Positions 21,282 through 31,208 of a DNA stretch of 64,000 nt are shown in pieces. Numbering within the stretch: the first letter of the stretch is position 1; every line of letters begins with the position of its first letter. The position numbers and the translations under genes were made by a program. The notes under the pieces were generated by a model that worked only from the letters and a program-made list of their open reading frames with translations, was not told where the DNA came from and did no database searches. The DNA is taken from the NCBI GenBank assembly GCA_021771915.1, contig JAETNY010000009.1, positions 40,038 through 104,037 of the forward strand, given 5' to 3'. The DNA comes from Bacillota bacterium (GTDB lineage: Bacteria; Bacillota; Dehalobacteriia; UBA4068; UBA4997).

Positions 21282-21435
21282 CAGTGCTTTTAATATGCGG
21301 CCTTTCTTCTTGAAATGCCGCATATTATTTTTTAGCGAGCGTTTTTGTCACTTAAAAAAATTTGCTTTTTTGCAAAATTTATCAAAAAAACTGCTTGACT
21401 ATACCAACCTTTTATGATATTATATTAAAGTACTT

Positions 21436-21523
21436 GCGGATGTGGCGGAATTGGCAGACGCGCTAGATTCAGGTTCTAGTGAGGGTTAACTTCGTGGGGG
21501 TTCAAGTCCCTTCATCCGCACCA
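21436..21523 (+). tRNA. tRNA-Leu (anticodon CAG), with a long variable arm and an encoded CCA
   Basis: GCGGATG acceptor stem. Anticodon stem ctaga/tctag with loop ttCAGgt. T-arm GGTTCAAGTCC. 88 nt. Confidence 0.9.
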
Positions 21524-21527
21524 AGAA

Positions 21528-21562
21528 AAACCGATGCTTTAACAGCATCGGTTTTATTGTTT
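21528..21562 (+). terminator. Rho-independent terminator after tRNA-Leu
   Basis: aaaccgatgct-ttaac-agcatcggttt followed by a T-run. Confidence 0.7.
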
Positions 21563-21630
21563 TTTGGCAGATTAAGCAATATCACTGCACACTAAAATAC
21601 TATCCAGCTTACAAAAGCTTAATACAAAAA

Positions 21631-21666
21631 ACCCCATCGCAAAAACCAGCGAGGGGGTTTTTTGCT
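21631..21666 (+). terminator. Second hairpin plus T-tract
   Basis: ccccatcgc-aaaaacca-gcgagggg followed by TTTTTT. Confidence 0.5.
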
Positions 21667-21781
21667 TATCTTATTACTTAAGCAATTTTTTCTTAAATTT
21701 TTCATAATATAGTATATATTTTTTTGCTTTTATAGTGTATAATTAAACTATCCCGACTTGCATAAACCAAAGGAGAATACC

Positions 21782-23404
21782 ATGGATAAACAAAAACTGC
21801 AAGCCCTGCTTCAGGAACTGGAAACCTGGCATGAAAACAATGAATTTTCCAAAATCATCATGGCTATAAACGCTGTGCCAGAGGCAGAACGGTCTTATGA
21901 CTTAACCTGTCTGCTGGCCAGAGCCTATAACAATCTGGCCGTTATGGGTGATAATATGTCTTTAACCTCCAGCGAGGAACGTCGGCCAAAGCTGCTGGAA
22001 AAAGCCCTGAACCTGCTGCAATCAGTGGAAGATGAAGGTCAGAACGACAAAAACTGGCATTTTCGCAAGGGCTATGCGCTTTATTTTCTGGATAAGGAAG
22101 CGGAAGCGCTGGCCTGCTTTGAACGCTCGGCCGAGTTGAATCCTGACGACCCGGACACAGAATATTTTATTCAGGAATGTAAAAAAATTCTGGAACAACA
22201 AAATTTTGCTCCCATTGTTTATGCCCAAGAGGATTGGAATGTGGTTGAGGAACATATCAATTATTATTTCGGCGAGTATCACAATGTTTTTCATGAGTTG
22301 GTTTCGCCGGATATTCACGTTGATATTTGTATTATCCCACCCGATGACGAGCGCAATTATTTTACGCTGGTAACAATGGGTATGGGCGCGCATTTAATGA
22401 ACGTGCCGCAAGAGTTGGCGGAAAACAAACTGGAGCGCGCCGAATTAATGCTGGCGCTGCCGCCCACCTGGCAGCTGGATAAGGACTCACTGCAAGATGA
22501 ACGCTGGTATTGGCCTATTCGGCTGCTGAAAAGTTCCGCCAGGCTCCCAATCACCAATAATACCTGGCTGGGCTGGGGACATACTATCGGCCTGAATGAA
22601 GACGATTTTTATGCAGATAACACGCGCTTTTGCGGTGTGATTTTAACCTGCCCCCTGGGCTGCCCGGAGGGCTCGGAGTATTGTACCCTGCCCGGTGGCG
22701 ATGACGTTAATTTTTATCAGCTAACGCCACTTTATGCTGAAGAAATTGAATATAAATGCGCCAAAGGCGCTGAAGCGCTGCTTGATTTAATGGCGGCGGC
22801 GGAAATGGACTTTGTGGTGGATATTAACCGCCCCAACGTGCTGACCGACCAGGTTTGGCCGGAGCCGGATTATAACAAAATTATCGGCTATGGCGATTTG
22901 CTGATGGACAGCGCTATCAGTCATTTGCAGTCTATTCACCAAAAAGAACTGCCTGTGCGGCCGTTGGCGGCCTATAATCATCTGGCTATTTATTTGCGCT
23001 GGTGCATCGAGCATGACCTTTTAAGCGACCTGTTTAAACGTAAATATCACCGCACCGTTAAGGCGGTTTGGCAAAACATTGAGCAGCCGCAATATATTCC
23101 CGATTTACGCCTGTTACTGCGCGGCGACCGCGATTTAAACGGCAGTCTGTTGTTAACCTATTTTAACGGTACCGGTGCGGCTTTTGGCCGTTGGTATTAC
23201 GGTGACGGACTGGATAAAAGTCATTATTATCCCTGTGATGTAGACGACCATGCCCGGGATTATTTTGGCGAGGAACGCTACAACAGCGCCGAATTTCAAG
23301 ATGAAGCCTATCTTTTCGTTCCCTGGTCAGAGGAGTATTATCAGGCTATGGCCAAACGAATTGACGCGCAGTTTGCGCATTGGCAAACACTGGAAGATGA
23401 ATAA
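21782..23404 (+). CDS. SUFU (suppressor-of-fused)-domain protein with an N-terminal TPR-like region and a C-terminal domain of unknown function; putative polymorphic-toxin immunity protein
   Basis: AAAGGAGAA Shine-Dalgarno before the ATG at 21782. The central region reads NYFTLVTMGMGAHLMNVP..RAELMLALPPTWQL..WYWPIRLLK..TWLGWGHTIG..FCGVILTCP, which matches the bacterial SUFU family as recalled. Confidence 0.55.
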   Translation: MDKQKLQALLQELETWHENNEFSKIIMAINAVPEAERSYDLTCLLARAYNNLAVMGDNMSLTSSEERRPKLLEKALNLLQSVEDEGQNDKNWHFRKGYALYFLDKEAEALACFERSAELNPDDPDTEYFIQECKKILEQQNFAPIVYAQEDWNVVEEHINYYFGEYHNVFHELVSPDIHVDICIIPPDDERNYFTLVTMGMGAHLMNVPQELAENKLERAELMLALPPTWQLDKDSLQDERWYWPIRLLKSSARLPITNNTWLGWGHTIGLNEDDFYADNTRFCGVILTCPLGCPEGSEYCTLPGGDDVNFYQLTPLYAEEIEYKCAKGAEALLDLMAAAEMDFVVDINRPNVLTDQVWPEPDYNKIIGYGDLLMDSAISHLQSIHQKELPVRPLAAYNHLAIYLRWCIEHDLLSDLFKRKYHRTVKAVWQNIEQPQYIPDLRLLLRGDRDLNGSLLLTYFNGTGAAFGRWYYGDGLDKSHYYPCDVDDHARDYFGEERYNSAEFQDEAYLFVPWSEEYYQAMAKRIDAQFAHWQTLEDE

Positions 23405-23431
23405 TTTTATATTATAAAAGGAAGTTTAACC

Positions 23432-23707
23432 ATGGTACCGGAAAAAGCACAGAAAAAATTTGCCGCCAGATATGCAAATCAGGTGCAAGAACTGCTGGTT
23501 TTAACCGCTGAGGGTGTACGCGGCGCCGCCAAATGGGGCGACGGTCTTTGGGAACCAAGCTGTCGGCTACTGGCTTATATAGATTTGGCCGATAACAGTC
23601 TGCACGGTGGATTAAATCAGCCGGAAAGCGTAATGTTCTTTGGTCATTCCATTTTGGTGGAGGGCAACATTAACGGTGAATTAAGCGACGCTTATCTGGC
23701 CGGTTAA
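23432..23707 (+). CDS. Hypothetical small protein (91 aa)
   Basis: ORF with a GGAAG Shine-Dalgarno. No recognisable motif. Confidence 0.35.
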   Translation: MVPEKAQKKFAARYANQVQELLVLTAEGVRGAAKWGDGLWEPSCRLLAYIDLADNSLHGGLNQPESVMFFGHSILVEGNINGELSDAYLAG

Positions 23708-23957
23708 CCTAATATCCATACAGCCTTAAATTGCATATATTCAGTATTTATTTACGTTTTTTTAAGTATTTATCTGAACATACCTATTGATTTTTGACCT
23801 ATTCTGTAATAAAATAGATGTATAGTTTTTTATGAACATAATTAAGTGAATATTGTCAGGTAAAATAAAATGCCAACAGGCTTATATTTTCGCTTAAGTT
23901 CGGTTCCTGACACCATAGGGGTGCTGTTTTAAACCAGGCAAAGGGAGAGTTGTTGCC

Positions 23958-26048
23958 ATGAGCAATAAACAGAAGGTTCTGATTGTGGACGATTCAGAAA
24001 TGAACCGTTCCATTTTGGCGGATATTCTGGGCGATAAATATGAAATAATTGAAGCTGAAAACGGCGTGCAGGCCGTGGCCACTATCCAGAAGTATGGCGC
24101 AGAACTTTCTGTGGTGCTTCTGGATATGGTTATGCCCAAAATGGACGGTTTTGGTGTGTTGGATATGATGAACCAACACCATTGGATTGATGAAATCCCA
24201 GTGATTATGATTTCCGCCGAAAGTTCCTCCTCTTATGTGGAGCGTGCTTATGATATGGGCGTTACCGATTTTATCAGCCGCCCCTTTGACGCGCTGATTG
24301 TCCGCCGGCGCGTTATCAACACCATTTTGCTTTATGCCAAGCAGAAAAAGCTTACCAGCCTTTTGGCTGACCAGCTGCTACAAAAGGAAGAACGCAGCAA
24401 TTTGATGGTGGACATTTTAAGCCACATTGTAGAATTTCGTAACGGTGAGAGCGGCATGCATGTTATTCACGTCCGCCTGATTACCGAGCTTTTGCTGAAC
24501 CATTTAATGCATAAGGTTGAACGCTACAATGATTTGACCCATGAAGACTTGGATATGATTAGCATGGCCTCCGCCCTGCATGATATTGGCAAAATATCCA
24601 TTGATGAAGCAATTTTGAACAAACCCGGCCGGCTGACCGATGAAGAATTTGCGATTATGAAGACCCATGCTCTGATTGGCGCGCAAATGCTCTCAGAAAT
24701 GCCTTATAAAGATAATAAGCTTATCCAGACAGCTTATGAAATTTGCCGCTGGCACCATGAGCGTTATGACGGCAGCGGTTATCCCGATGGTCTGAAAGGC
24801 GATGAAATTCCGATTTCCGCCCAGATTGTGGCAATGGCCGATGTTTATGACGCTCTGACCAGTGAGCGCGTTTATAAAAAAGCCCTGCCGCATGAAACTG
24901 CTGTGCAGATGATTATAGATGACAAATGCGGCGTCTTTAACCCGGAATTAAAAGAATGTTTGCTTGATGTGGCCGAAACAATCCGCAGCACACTGGCTTC
25001 CGACGTGGTGGCCTTAAACCAGAAGCGAGCTTCTCAGAACGCAGTGGCGGAGATGTTGCGCAACAATGAAACCAGCGCTTCAGAGCGCACATTGCGGCTG
25101 CTGGAAAAAGAAAGAGAGAAATATAAATTCTTCGCTGCGCTAACTAAGGAAATTCAGGTTGAATATAATCCTGACCCACCCACGCTGACGCTCTCCCCCT
25201 GGGGCGCGCAAAAGCTTGGACTGGACGAAATTATCATGGACCCTCAGAATAATGAGCAGGTTCTGACTGTGACCGGCGCGGAAAATTGGCAGAAGATAAC
25301 TGAACTGCTGTTAAACTCCACACCAGAGCAGCCGATGATTAAATATGACTGCAAGATGTTTTATAATGGAGAGTTGCGTTGGCATCAGGTTATTGCTCGC
25401 GCCATGTGGCAGCAGGAGGACGAACCAATCTTTCAGGGCGCTATTGGCAAGGTTATTGATATTCATGATTCCAAACAGCGTCTGGCAGAGTTGGAGCGCA
25501 AGGCCAATCATGACTCCTTAACAGGTCTGCTGAACCATGCCAGCGCCAAAAAACATATCATTGAAAGTCTGGAAGGACACCCACACGACAAATATGCACT
25601 GATTATTTTTGACCTGGACCATTTCAAAAATGCCAACGATACCTATGGCCATATTTTTGGCGATGAGGTTTTAAAGCTGGAAGCGCAAAAGTTAAAAGGC
25701 AGCTTGCGCGCCGGCGATATTGCCGCCCGTATTGGTGGTGATGAATTTTTAATCTTCCTTCGTTATACAGATGAGGTTGAGCCAATTATTGAGCGTATTT
25801 TTAAAACATTGATTGGCCGGCATGAAGATTTTGAATTTACGGTAAGCATGGGCATAGTGCAAACTGAGTTTGCGGATAATGATTATGAAACACTTTTCCA
25901 TTGCGCCGACCAGGCGCTTTATGCGGCCAAACGCGGTGGCCGCGGACGCTATTGCTTTTATAGAGATGATTTGCCGGATACTATTCATAATAAAGCAAAA
26001 TCATCTCTTTCCAAGATTGAAAGCAACGACCCAAACCGTGAATGTTAA
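23958..26048 (+). CDS. Response regulator with REC + HD-GYP phosphodiesterase + GGDEF diguanylate cyclase domains
   Basis: REC reads VLIVDDSEMNRSIL...LLDMVMPKMDG. HD-GYP reads HVIHV..ALHDIGK..HHERYDGSGYP. GGDEF reads RIGGDEFLIFL. Confidence 0.85.
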   Translation: MSNKQKVLIVDDSEMNRSILADILGDKYEIIEAENGVQAVATIQKYGAELSVVLLDMVMPKMDGFGVLDMMNQHHWIDEIPVIMISAESSSSYVERAYDMGVTDFISRPFDALIVRRRVINTILLYAKQKKLTSLLADQLLQKEERSNLMVDILSHIVEFRNGESGMHVIHVRLITELLLNHLMHKVERYNDLTHEDLDMISMASALHDIGKISIDEAILNKPGRLTDEEFAIMKTHALIGAQMLSEMPYKDNKLIQTAYEICRWHHERYDGSGYPDGLKGDEIPISAQIVAMADVYDALTSERVYKKALPHETAVQMIIDDKCGVFNPELKECLLDVAETIRSTLASDVVALNQKRASQNAVAEMLRNNETSASERTLRLLEKEREKYKFFAALTKEIQVEYNPDPPTLTLSPWGAQKLGLDEIIMDPQNNEQVLTVTGAENWQKITELLLNSTPEQPMIKYDCKMFYNGELRWHQVIARAMWQQEDEPIFQGAIGKVIDIHDSKQRLAELERKANHDSLTGLLNHASAKKHIIESLEGHPHDKYALIIFDLDHFKNANDTYGHIFGDEVLKLEAQKLKGSLRAGDIAARIGGDEFLIFLRYTDEVEPIIERIFKTLIGRHEDFEFTVSMGIVQTEFADNDYETLFHCADQALYAAKRGGRGRYCFYRDDLPDTIHNKAKSSLSKIESNDPNREC

Positions 26049-26080
26049 AAATCTGAACATATATTAAGGAGGTTATTCTT

Positions 26081-26434
26081 ATGACTTTAGAAGAATGTTA
26101 TGTCGCTTTGGAAGGCAGTTATGCCGACGCCATAAGCAGACTGCGCAGTGAAAAGCTGGTGCGCAAGTTTGCCTTAAAATTTCTGAATGACGGCAGCTAT
26201 CAGCTTTTGCAGGACTCTCTGGCCAAAGAGGATTATGCGGAGGCTTTTCGTGCTGCCCATACTATTAAAGGCGTTTGCCAAAATCTGGCCTTTGATAAGC
26301 TGGGTAATTCCAGCGAGCATTTAACGGAGTCTTTGCGCAATGGCTGGAGTGACGCCGCGCCGGCTCTGATTGAGCAGGTTAAAGCGGATTATCAGCAGAC
26401 GATTGCCGCCCTGAACGACCTGGACCCGGAATAA
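26081..26434 (+). CDS. Hpt (histidine phosphotransfer) domain protein
   Basis: 117 aa with the AAHTIKGVCQNLAF phospho-histidine motif. Confidence 0.8.
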   Translation: MTLEECYVALEGSYADAISRLRSEKLVRKFALKFLNDGSYQLLQDSLAKEDYAEAFRAAHTIKGVCQNLAFDKLGNSSEHLTESLRNGWSDAAPALIEQVKADYQQTIAALNDLDPE

Positions 26435-26511
26435 TCCATCTGCTTTATAATAACGCTGGGGTTAAACGTGTCCATAAACTTTAACCAAAACGTGAAGGAG
26501 TTTTTATATCT

Positions 26512-29070
26512 GTGCATAACCTTAATTTAAAAAATAAAAACACCATTTTAATACTTTTCAGTATTTTACTGGGGTCTATTACGATTGCGGTATTCTTATA
26601 TCTGGCCTTTTGGGTACGCAGCCAAACCACCGAAACCATAAACAATGTTGGCAATATGTATATGGACGGACTGAATGAACGCATTACAAGACACTTCAGC
26701 ACAACTATGGATTATCGTTTCGCCCAGCTGGAAGAAATCATTGAGGAAACCCCAGATGAATACAGTAACAGCGTTAACCAGATACATAGTTACCTGGCAA
26801 ACTCAGCTATACGTCATGATTTTAATGAATTAACGCTTTGCGGCGCTGATGGCTGGCAAGATTCTATATATGGTAATGGTATAACCATGTATGCCGAAGA
26901 ACTGTTTGTGGAGGCGCTTACGGACGGCGACCGATGGGTGGCCACCGGTTTTGATACAAGCGGCAATTCAATCCTGCTTATGGGTATTCCGGCACAATTT
27001 CCCATGCAGGACGGCACTCTCAGCAGCGGCCTGATAGTTGGCATGCCCCTTGATTACATGACCCAGGTTCTGGAGGCCAGTGATACTCTGGCTTCATCGC
27101 ATATTATCCGCAAAGACGGCTCATATGTTCTGCGCAGTGATGGCAGCACCGCCAATACTTTCCGGGAACGCCTGATAGAACTTTACTCCCCACAGGATAT
27201 TGAACAGATTGAACTTGCCAATACCCAAGCTCTGGCCGCCATGCAGAAAAATGAAAATTATTCTGTCATGCTAACCCTGAATGAAACGCGTGAGCATTGG
27301 TATTTTACCAGACTGCCCTATTCCAACTGGTATCTTACCACCAGAATGCCTTTTGGCACTTTAGACCAGGCTGTAAACATGCTTACCCGTTCCACTCTAT
27401 ATGCAGCGCTTTTTGGTTGCCTTATCCTGCTTGTTGGTTTACTTATTCTGTTTATTTTCTTTAATAATATGACCAAAACTCAGCTGCTGGCGCTTAATCG
27501 GGCCCGAAAAGAAGCTGAAAGAGCCAACAAAGCCAAAAGTGAATTTTTATCCAGCATGAGCCATGATATCCGCACCCCCATGAATGCAATCGTGGGTATG
27601 ACGGCGATTGCCGCTGCTAACATTGATAACCGCATGCAGCTGGAAAACTGCCTGAACAAAATTACCCTTTCCAGCAAGCATTTGCTGGGGCTTATCAATG
27701 ACGTTCTGGATATGAGCAAGATTGAAAGCGGCAAGCTGACCATGAATATCGACCAGGTTTCCCTGCGTGAGGTTATGGACAGTATCGTCAGCATTGTACA
27801 GCCGCAGGTTCACGCAAAAAATCAGACTTTCAACGTTAGTATTCACGATATTGACACTGAAAATGTCTGCTGCGATGGCGTGCGTCTGAACCAGGTTTTA
27901 ATCAACCTGCTTTCCAATGCCATTAAATTTACACCAGAAAAAGGCACAATCTCACTGGCATTGCATGAAGAAGCATCTCCCAAAGGCGAAAATTTTGTGC
28001 GTATCAATCTGGAGGTTAAAGATACTGGCTATGGTATGTCGCCAGAATTTACCGAACGCATTTTTGATTCATTCTCCCGGGAGAATACAGACCGTGTTCA
28101 CAAAACAGAAGGCACAGGTTTGGGCATGTCTATTACCAAATATATTATTGATACTATGGGCGGCACTATCAGCCTGGAAAGTAAACAAGGCGTTGGCACC
28201 ACTTTCTATGTAACGCTTGATTTGGAAAAAGCCAGCATTCAGGAAACCGATATGAAACTGCCGAACTGGCATATGCTGCTGGTTGACGACGACCCCATGC
28301 TTTGCAAAAGCGTTATCGCCGCTTTAAAAGATATTGGCGTGCAGGCAGAAAGCGTTTTGGACGGCGAAAGTGCTATCAAGCTGGTTAAAAAGCGCCATGA
28401 CGAAAACAATGATTTCCAGATTATCCTTTTAGACTGGAAGCTGCCCGGCATTAACGGCATTGACGCCGCTAAGGAAATACGTCGGCAAACCGGCGAGGAA
28501 ATTCCAATTCTGCTGATATCAGCCTACGACTGGACGGATATTGAAGAAGATGCACGCACTGCCGGCATCAACGGCTTTATTTGTAAACCACTCTTTAAGT
28601 CCACTCTTTATTACGGTTTGCGTCCCTATGCCAATGACCCAGACGATAAAAAGCAGACCAAGCTTAAGAAAACAACTCGTGACTTTACTGGCAAAAAGAT
28701 TTTGCTGGCCGAGGATAATGACCTTAACTGGGAAATTGCTGAAACACTGCTTTCTGAGGAGGGGCTGGAGTTGGATTGGGCTGAAAATGGTCAGGTTTGT
28801 GTAGAGGTTTTCCAGCAATCCGATGTTGGTTATTATGACGCTATCTTAATGGATATCAGAATGCCGGTTATGAACGGCTATGACGCCGCCAAAACCATAC
28901 GCAGTCTGGAACGCCCAGACGCGGCGGAAATCCCGATTATCGCCATGACTGCGGACGCCTTTGCGGAAGATATTCAGCGCTGTCTGGACGTTGGCATGAA
29001 CGCTCATATCGCCAAACCGATTGATATACATGACGTTCTGGTTCAACTGGACAAATACATGAAACCATAA
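26512..29070 (+). CDS. Hybrid sensor histidine kinase: transmembrane + extracytoplasmic sensor, HisKA, HATPase and two C-terminal REC domains
   Basis: GTG start with a GAAGGAG Shine-Dalgarno. H-box HDIRTPMNAIVGM. G-box GTGLGMSI. REC motifs LLVDDDPM..LLDWKLPGINGID and ILLAEDND..LMDIRMPVMNGYD. Confidence 0.85.
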   Translation: MHNLNLKNKNTILILFSILLGSITIAVFLYLAFWVRSQTTETINNVGNMYMDGLNERITRHFSTTMDYRFAQLEEIIEETPDEYSNSVNQIHSYLANSAIRHDFNELTLCGADGWQDSIYGNGITMYAEELFVEALTDGDRWVATGFDTSGNSILLMGIPAQFPMQDGTLSSGLIVGMPLDYMTQVLEASDTLASSHIIRKDGSYVLRSDGSTANTFRERLIELYSPQDIEQIELANTQALAAMQKNENYSVMLTLNETREHWYFTRLPYSNWYLTTRMPFGTLDQAVNMLTRSTLYAALFGCLILLVGLLILFIFFNNMTKTQLLALNRARKEAERANKAKSEFLSSMSHDIRTPMNAIVGMTAIAAANIDNRMQLENCLNKITLSSKHLLGLINDVLDMSKIESGKLTMNIDQVSLREVMDSIVSIVQPQVHAKNQTFNVSIHDIDTENVCCDGVRLNQVLINLLSNAIKFTPEKGTISLALHEEASPKGENFVRINLEVKDTGYGMSPEFTERIFDSFSRENTDRVHKTEGTGLGMSITKYIIDTMGGTISLESKQGVGTTFYVTLDLEKASIQETDMKLPNWHMLLVDDDPMLCKSVIAALKDIGVQAESVLDGESAIKLVKKRHDENNDFQIILLDWKLPGINGIDAAKEIRRQTGEEIPILLISAYDWTDIEEDARTAGINGFICKPLFKSTLYYGLRPYANDPDDKKQTKLKKTTRDFTGKKILLAEDNDLNWEIAETLLSEEGLELDWAENGQVCVEVFQQSDVGYYDAILMDIRMPVMNGYDAAKTIRSLERPDAAEIPIIAMTADAFAEDIQRCLDVGMNAHIAKPIDIHDVLVQLDKYMKP

Positions 29071-29078
29071 TAAATCAA

Positions 29079-29116
29079 ACAGCCCCCTCCGCAAAAGAGG
29101 GGGCTGTTATTTTTTC
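29079..29116. terminator. Bidirectional Rho-independent terminator
   Basis: acagccccctc-cgcaaaa-gagggggctgt, flanked by A- and T-runs. Confidence 0.75.
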
Positions 29117-29136
29117 TTTAACAAACCGGCTTTTAT

Positions 29137-29757
29137 CTATTCCACATAAAACGCCCACTGCGAATTGCCGCCCAAAGCCGGCGCCTCCTCGCTATCCCAT
29201 TCGGCGTCTATCACATAAACATAACTATGCTCATCATCCAACAGCTCAAAGTTAGTCCGCTCTCTAAAAAAGACCGGTGTATGCGTTATTTCTTCTGGCA
29301 AGGTATTGCCACATGTACGTTGCTGCCATTCATCATAAGCATAGGCTGTAATCTTAAACATCGTTGGCTCGGTCTGCCAAACCAAAGAAATACCGTCTGC
29401 GCCCACCGCAGCCCTATCCAGCTTTGGCAAACTCTCCGCCGCTTCTAAAGGGTGCATAGCACAGGCAATAACACTGCTGATTACAGATTTCTTCACATCA
29501 GTATAGTAAGACCAGTTGTAACCAAACTGCACCGGTTCAACGCTCGTATCGCCATATGTTAATAATAGGGCCGGAACATTCTCTGAACTTTGCCAGTTAT
29601 CTAAAAAATCCCAGTCCTCCGGCAAAATAGCCAACTGTTTGTCATTCTGCGCCTCCGGCAAAAAATCACTTTTATCCTCCTTTTCAGAACAACCGGTCAG
29701 ACCAAGCAACGCCACAATCAACAAGACCGCCGCCATTATTTTGTTATACCTGCACAT
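29137..29757 (-). CDS. Hypothetical lipoprotein
   Basis: GGAGGT Shine-Dalgarno before the ATG. Signal peptide with lipobox MAAVLLIVALLGLTGC. Confidence 0.55.
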   Translation of the reverse strand: MCRYNKIMAAVLLIVALLGLTGCSEKEDKSDFLPEAQNDKQLAILPEDWDFLDNWQSSENVPALLLTYGDTSVEPVQFGYNWSYYTDVKKSVISSVIACAMHPLEAAESLPKLDRAAVGADGISLVWQTEPTMFKITAYAYDEWQQRTCGNTLPEEITHTPVFFRERTNFELLDDEHSYVYVIDAEWDSEEAPALGGNSQWAFYVE

Positions 29758-29905
29758 TTTATCATACCTCCATTCTCTGTACAAAATGTTTTCTATTAAT
29801 AACACCCCACAACAGAACAAAATGCAACATTATATTAAAAGCCGCCATGCATAATCAGATGACGGCTTTTATAAATCTTTTTTTATTATTTCCGAAACTC
29901 ATATC

Positions 29906-30634
29906 TCAAACCTGCGCAAAAACCTCCGCAATCGGCTCATGGATAACCAGATTGGCATGCTTATCAGCCGGTGTGGGCGTTTTATTAATCAAAACCAGCC
30001 GGTTACCGCGATAATAATTGATAAGGCCGGCCGCCGGATACACCACCAGAGAAGTACCGCCAATAATCAGCATATCAGCCTGGCTGATATCATTAACAGC
30101 GCCAGTTATAACGTCAGTATCCAGCCCTTCCTCATAAAGCACCACATCAGGCTTGAGCATACCGCCGCAAACCTGACAACGCGGCACGCCGGCGGCTTCT
30201 TTCATATAAAATACATCATGCGATTTACCACATTTTTGGCAATAATTACGCAAAACCGAACCATGCAGTTCCCAAACGCGCCGGGAACCTGCCGCCTGAT
30301 GCAAACCGTCAATATTCTGGGTCACCACTGAGCGCAAATGTCCCTCCTGCTCCAACTCCGCCAGGCGAAGATGACAGGTGTTTGGCTGCGCCTCCAGACA
30401 CAGCATTTTATCCCGATAAAATCTATAAAACTCATCTGGCTTTTCTTCAAAAAAAGTATGACTCAGGATTGTTTCCGGCGGCCAGGCGTATTGTTGATTA
30501 TACAAACCATCTGTGGAACGGAAATCAGGAATACCGCTGGCTGTGGAAACGCCGGCGCCACCGAAAAAAACAGCTTTTTTACTCTCCTGCAACCAGGCCG
30601 CCAGCGTTTTAATAGCCTCGTCCATAAAAATCAC
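29906..30634 (-). CDS. NAD-dependent protein deacylase (Sir2/CobB family)
   Basis: GAGVSTASGIPDFRS, QNIDGLH, and the zinc ribbon CQKCG..CQVCGG. Confidence 0.85.
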   Translation of the reverse strand: MIFMDEAIKTLAAWLQESKKAVFFGGAGVSTASGIPDFRSTDGLYNQQYAWPPETILSHTFFEEKPDEFYRFYRDKMLCLEAQPNTCHLRLAELEQEGHLRSVVTQNIDGLHQAAGSRRVWELHGSVLRNYCQKCGKSHDVFYMKEAAGVPRCQVCGGMLKPDVVLYEEGLDTDVITGAVNDISQADMLIIGGTSLVVYPAAGLINYYRGNRLVLINKTPTPADKHANLVIHEPIAEVFAQV

Positions 30635-30647
30635 CTACTCTGCACAT

Positions 30648-31169
30648 CTATTCTATGATGTTGATTATGCCCTCTTTGCGCGGCTTGGGCGCTGTGGGCT
30701 CTGCAATATAACCCAGCGCCACACTGGCAATAACCATATGCTTATCCGGCACGCCAAACTCCGTCAGCAAAGCGCGTATCGCCGGTTCATCACAGCAGCT
30801 GCGCAGTTGATTAATCCAACAACTGCCCAAATCTAACGCCTGCGCTGCCAGCAACATGTTCTCCACCGCCGCGGAACCGTCCAGCCAGGCATGTGGGTGC
30901 CTTCTTAAATAAGAAACAATAATCAATGTGGGCGCGCCATAAAAACAATAACTATCATCTAGCTGCAAGGTTATTCTGATAAGTTTCGCCAGACGCGCTA
31001 CTTTTTCAGCATTATGCAAAGCACAAAAATGCCAGCCCTGAAAACCATTACCGCTGGGCGCCCAGGCGCCAGCCTCTAAAATCTGTTCAAGTTGATTGCG
31101 GCTAATCTGCTCTGGCTTAAAAGCCCGAGTTGAACGACGACTTTTTATCACTTCCAAAATATCTGCCAC
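30648..31169 (-). CDS. Nitroreductase-family protein
   Basis: IKSRRSTRAFKPEQISRNQLEQILEAGAWAPSGNGFQGWHF. Confidence 0.8.
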   Translation of the reverse strand: MADILEVIKSRRSTRAFKPEQISRNQLEQILEAGAWAPSGNGFQGWHFCALHNAEKVARLAKLIRITLQLDDSYCFYGAPTLIIVSYLRRHPHAWLDGSAAVENMLLAAQALDLGSCWINQLRSCCDEPAIRALLTEFGVPDKHMVIASVALGYIAEPTAPKPRKEGIINIIE

Positions 31170-31208
31170 TAAAAAACACCTCCTGTTATAATTTTATAAT
31201 ATATTTTT

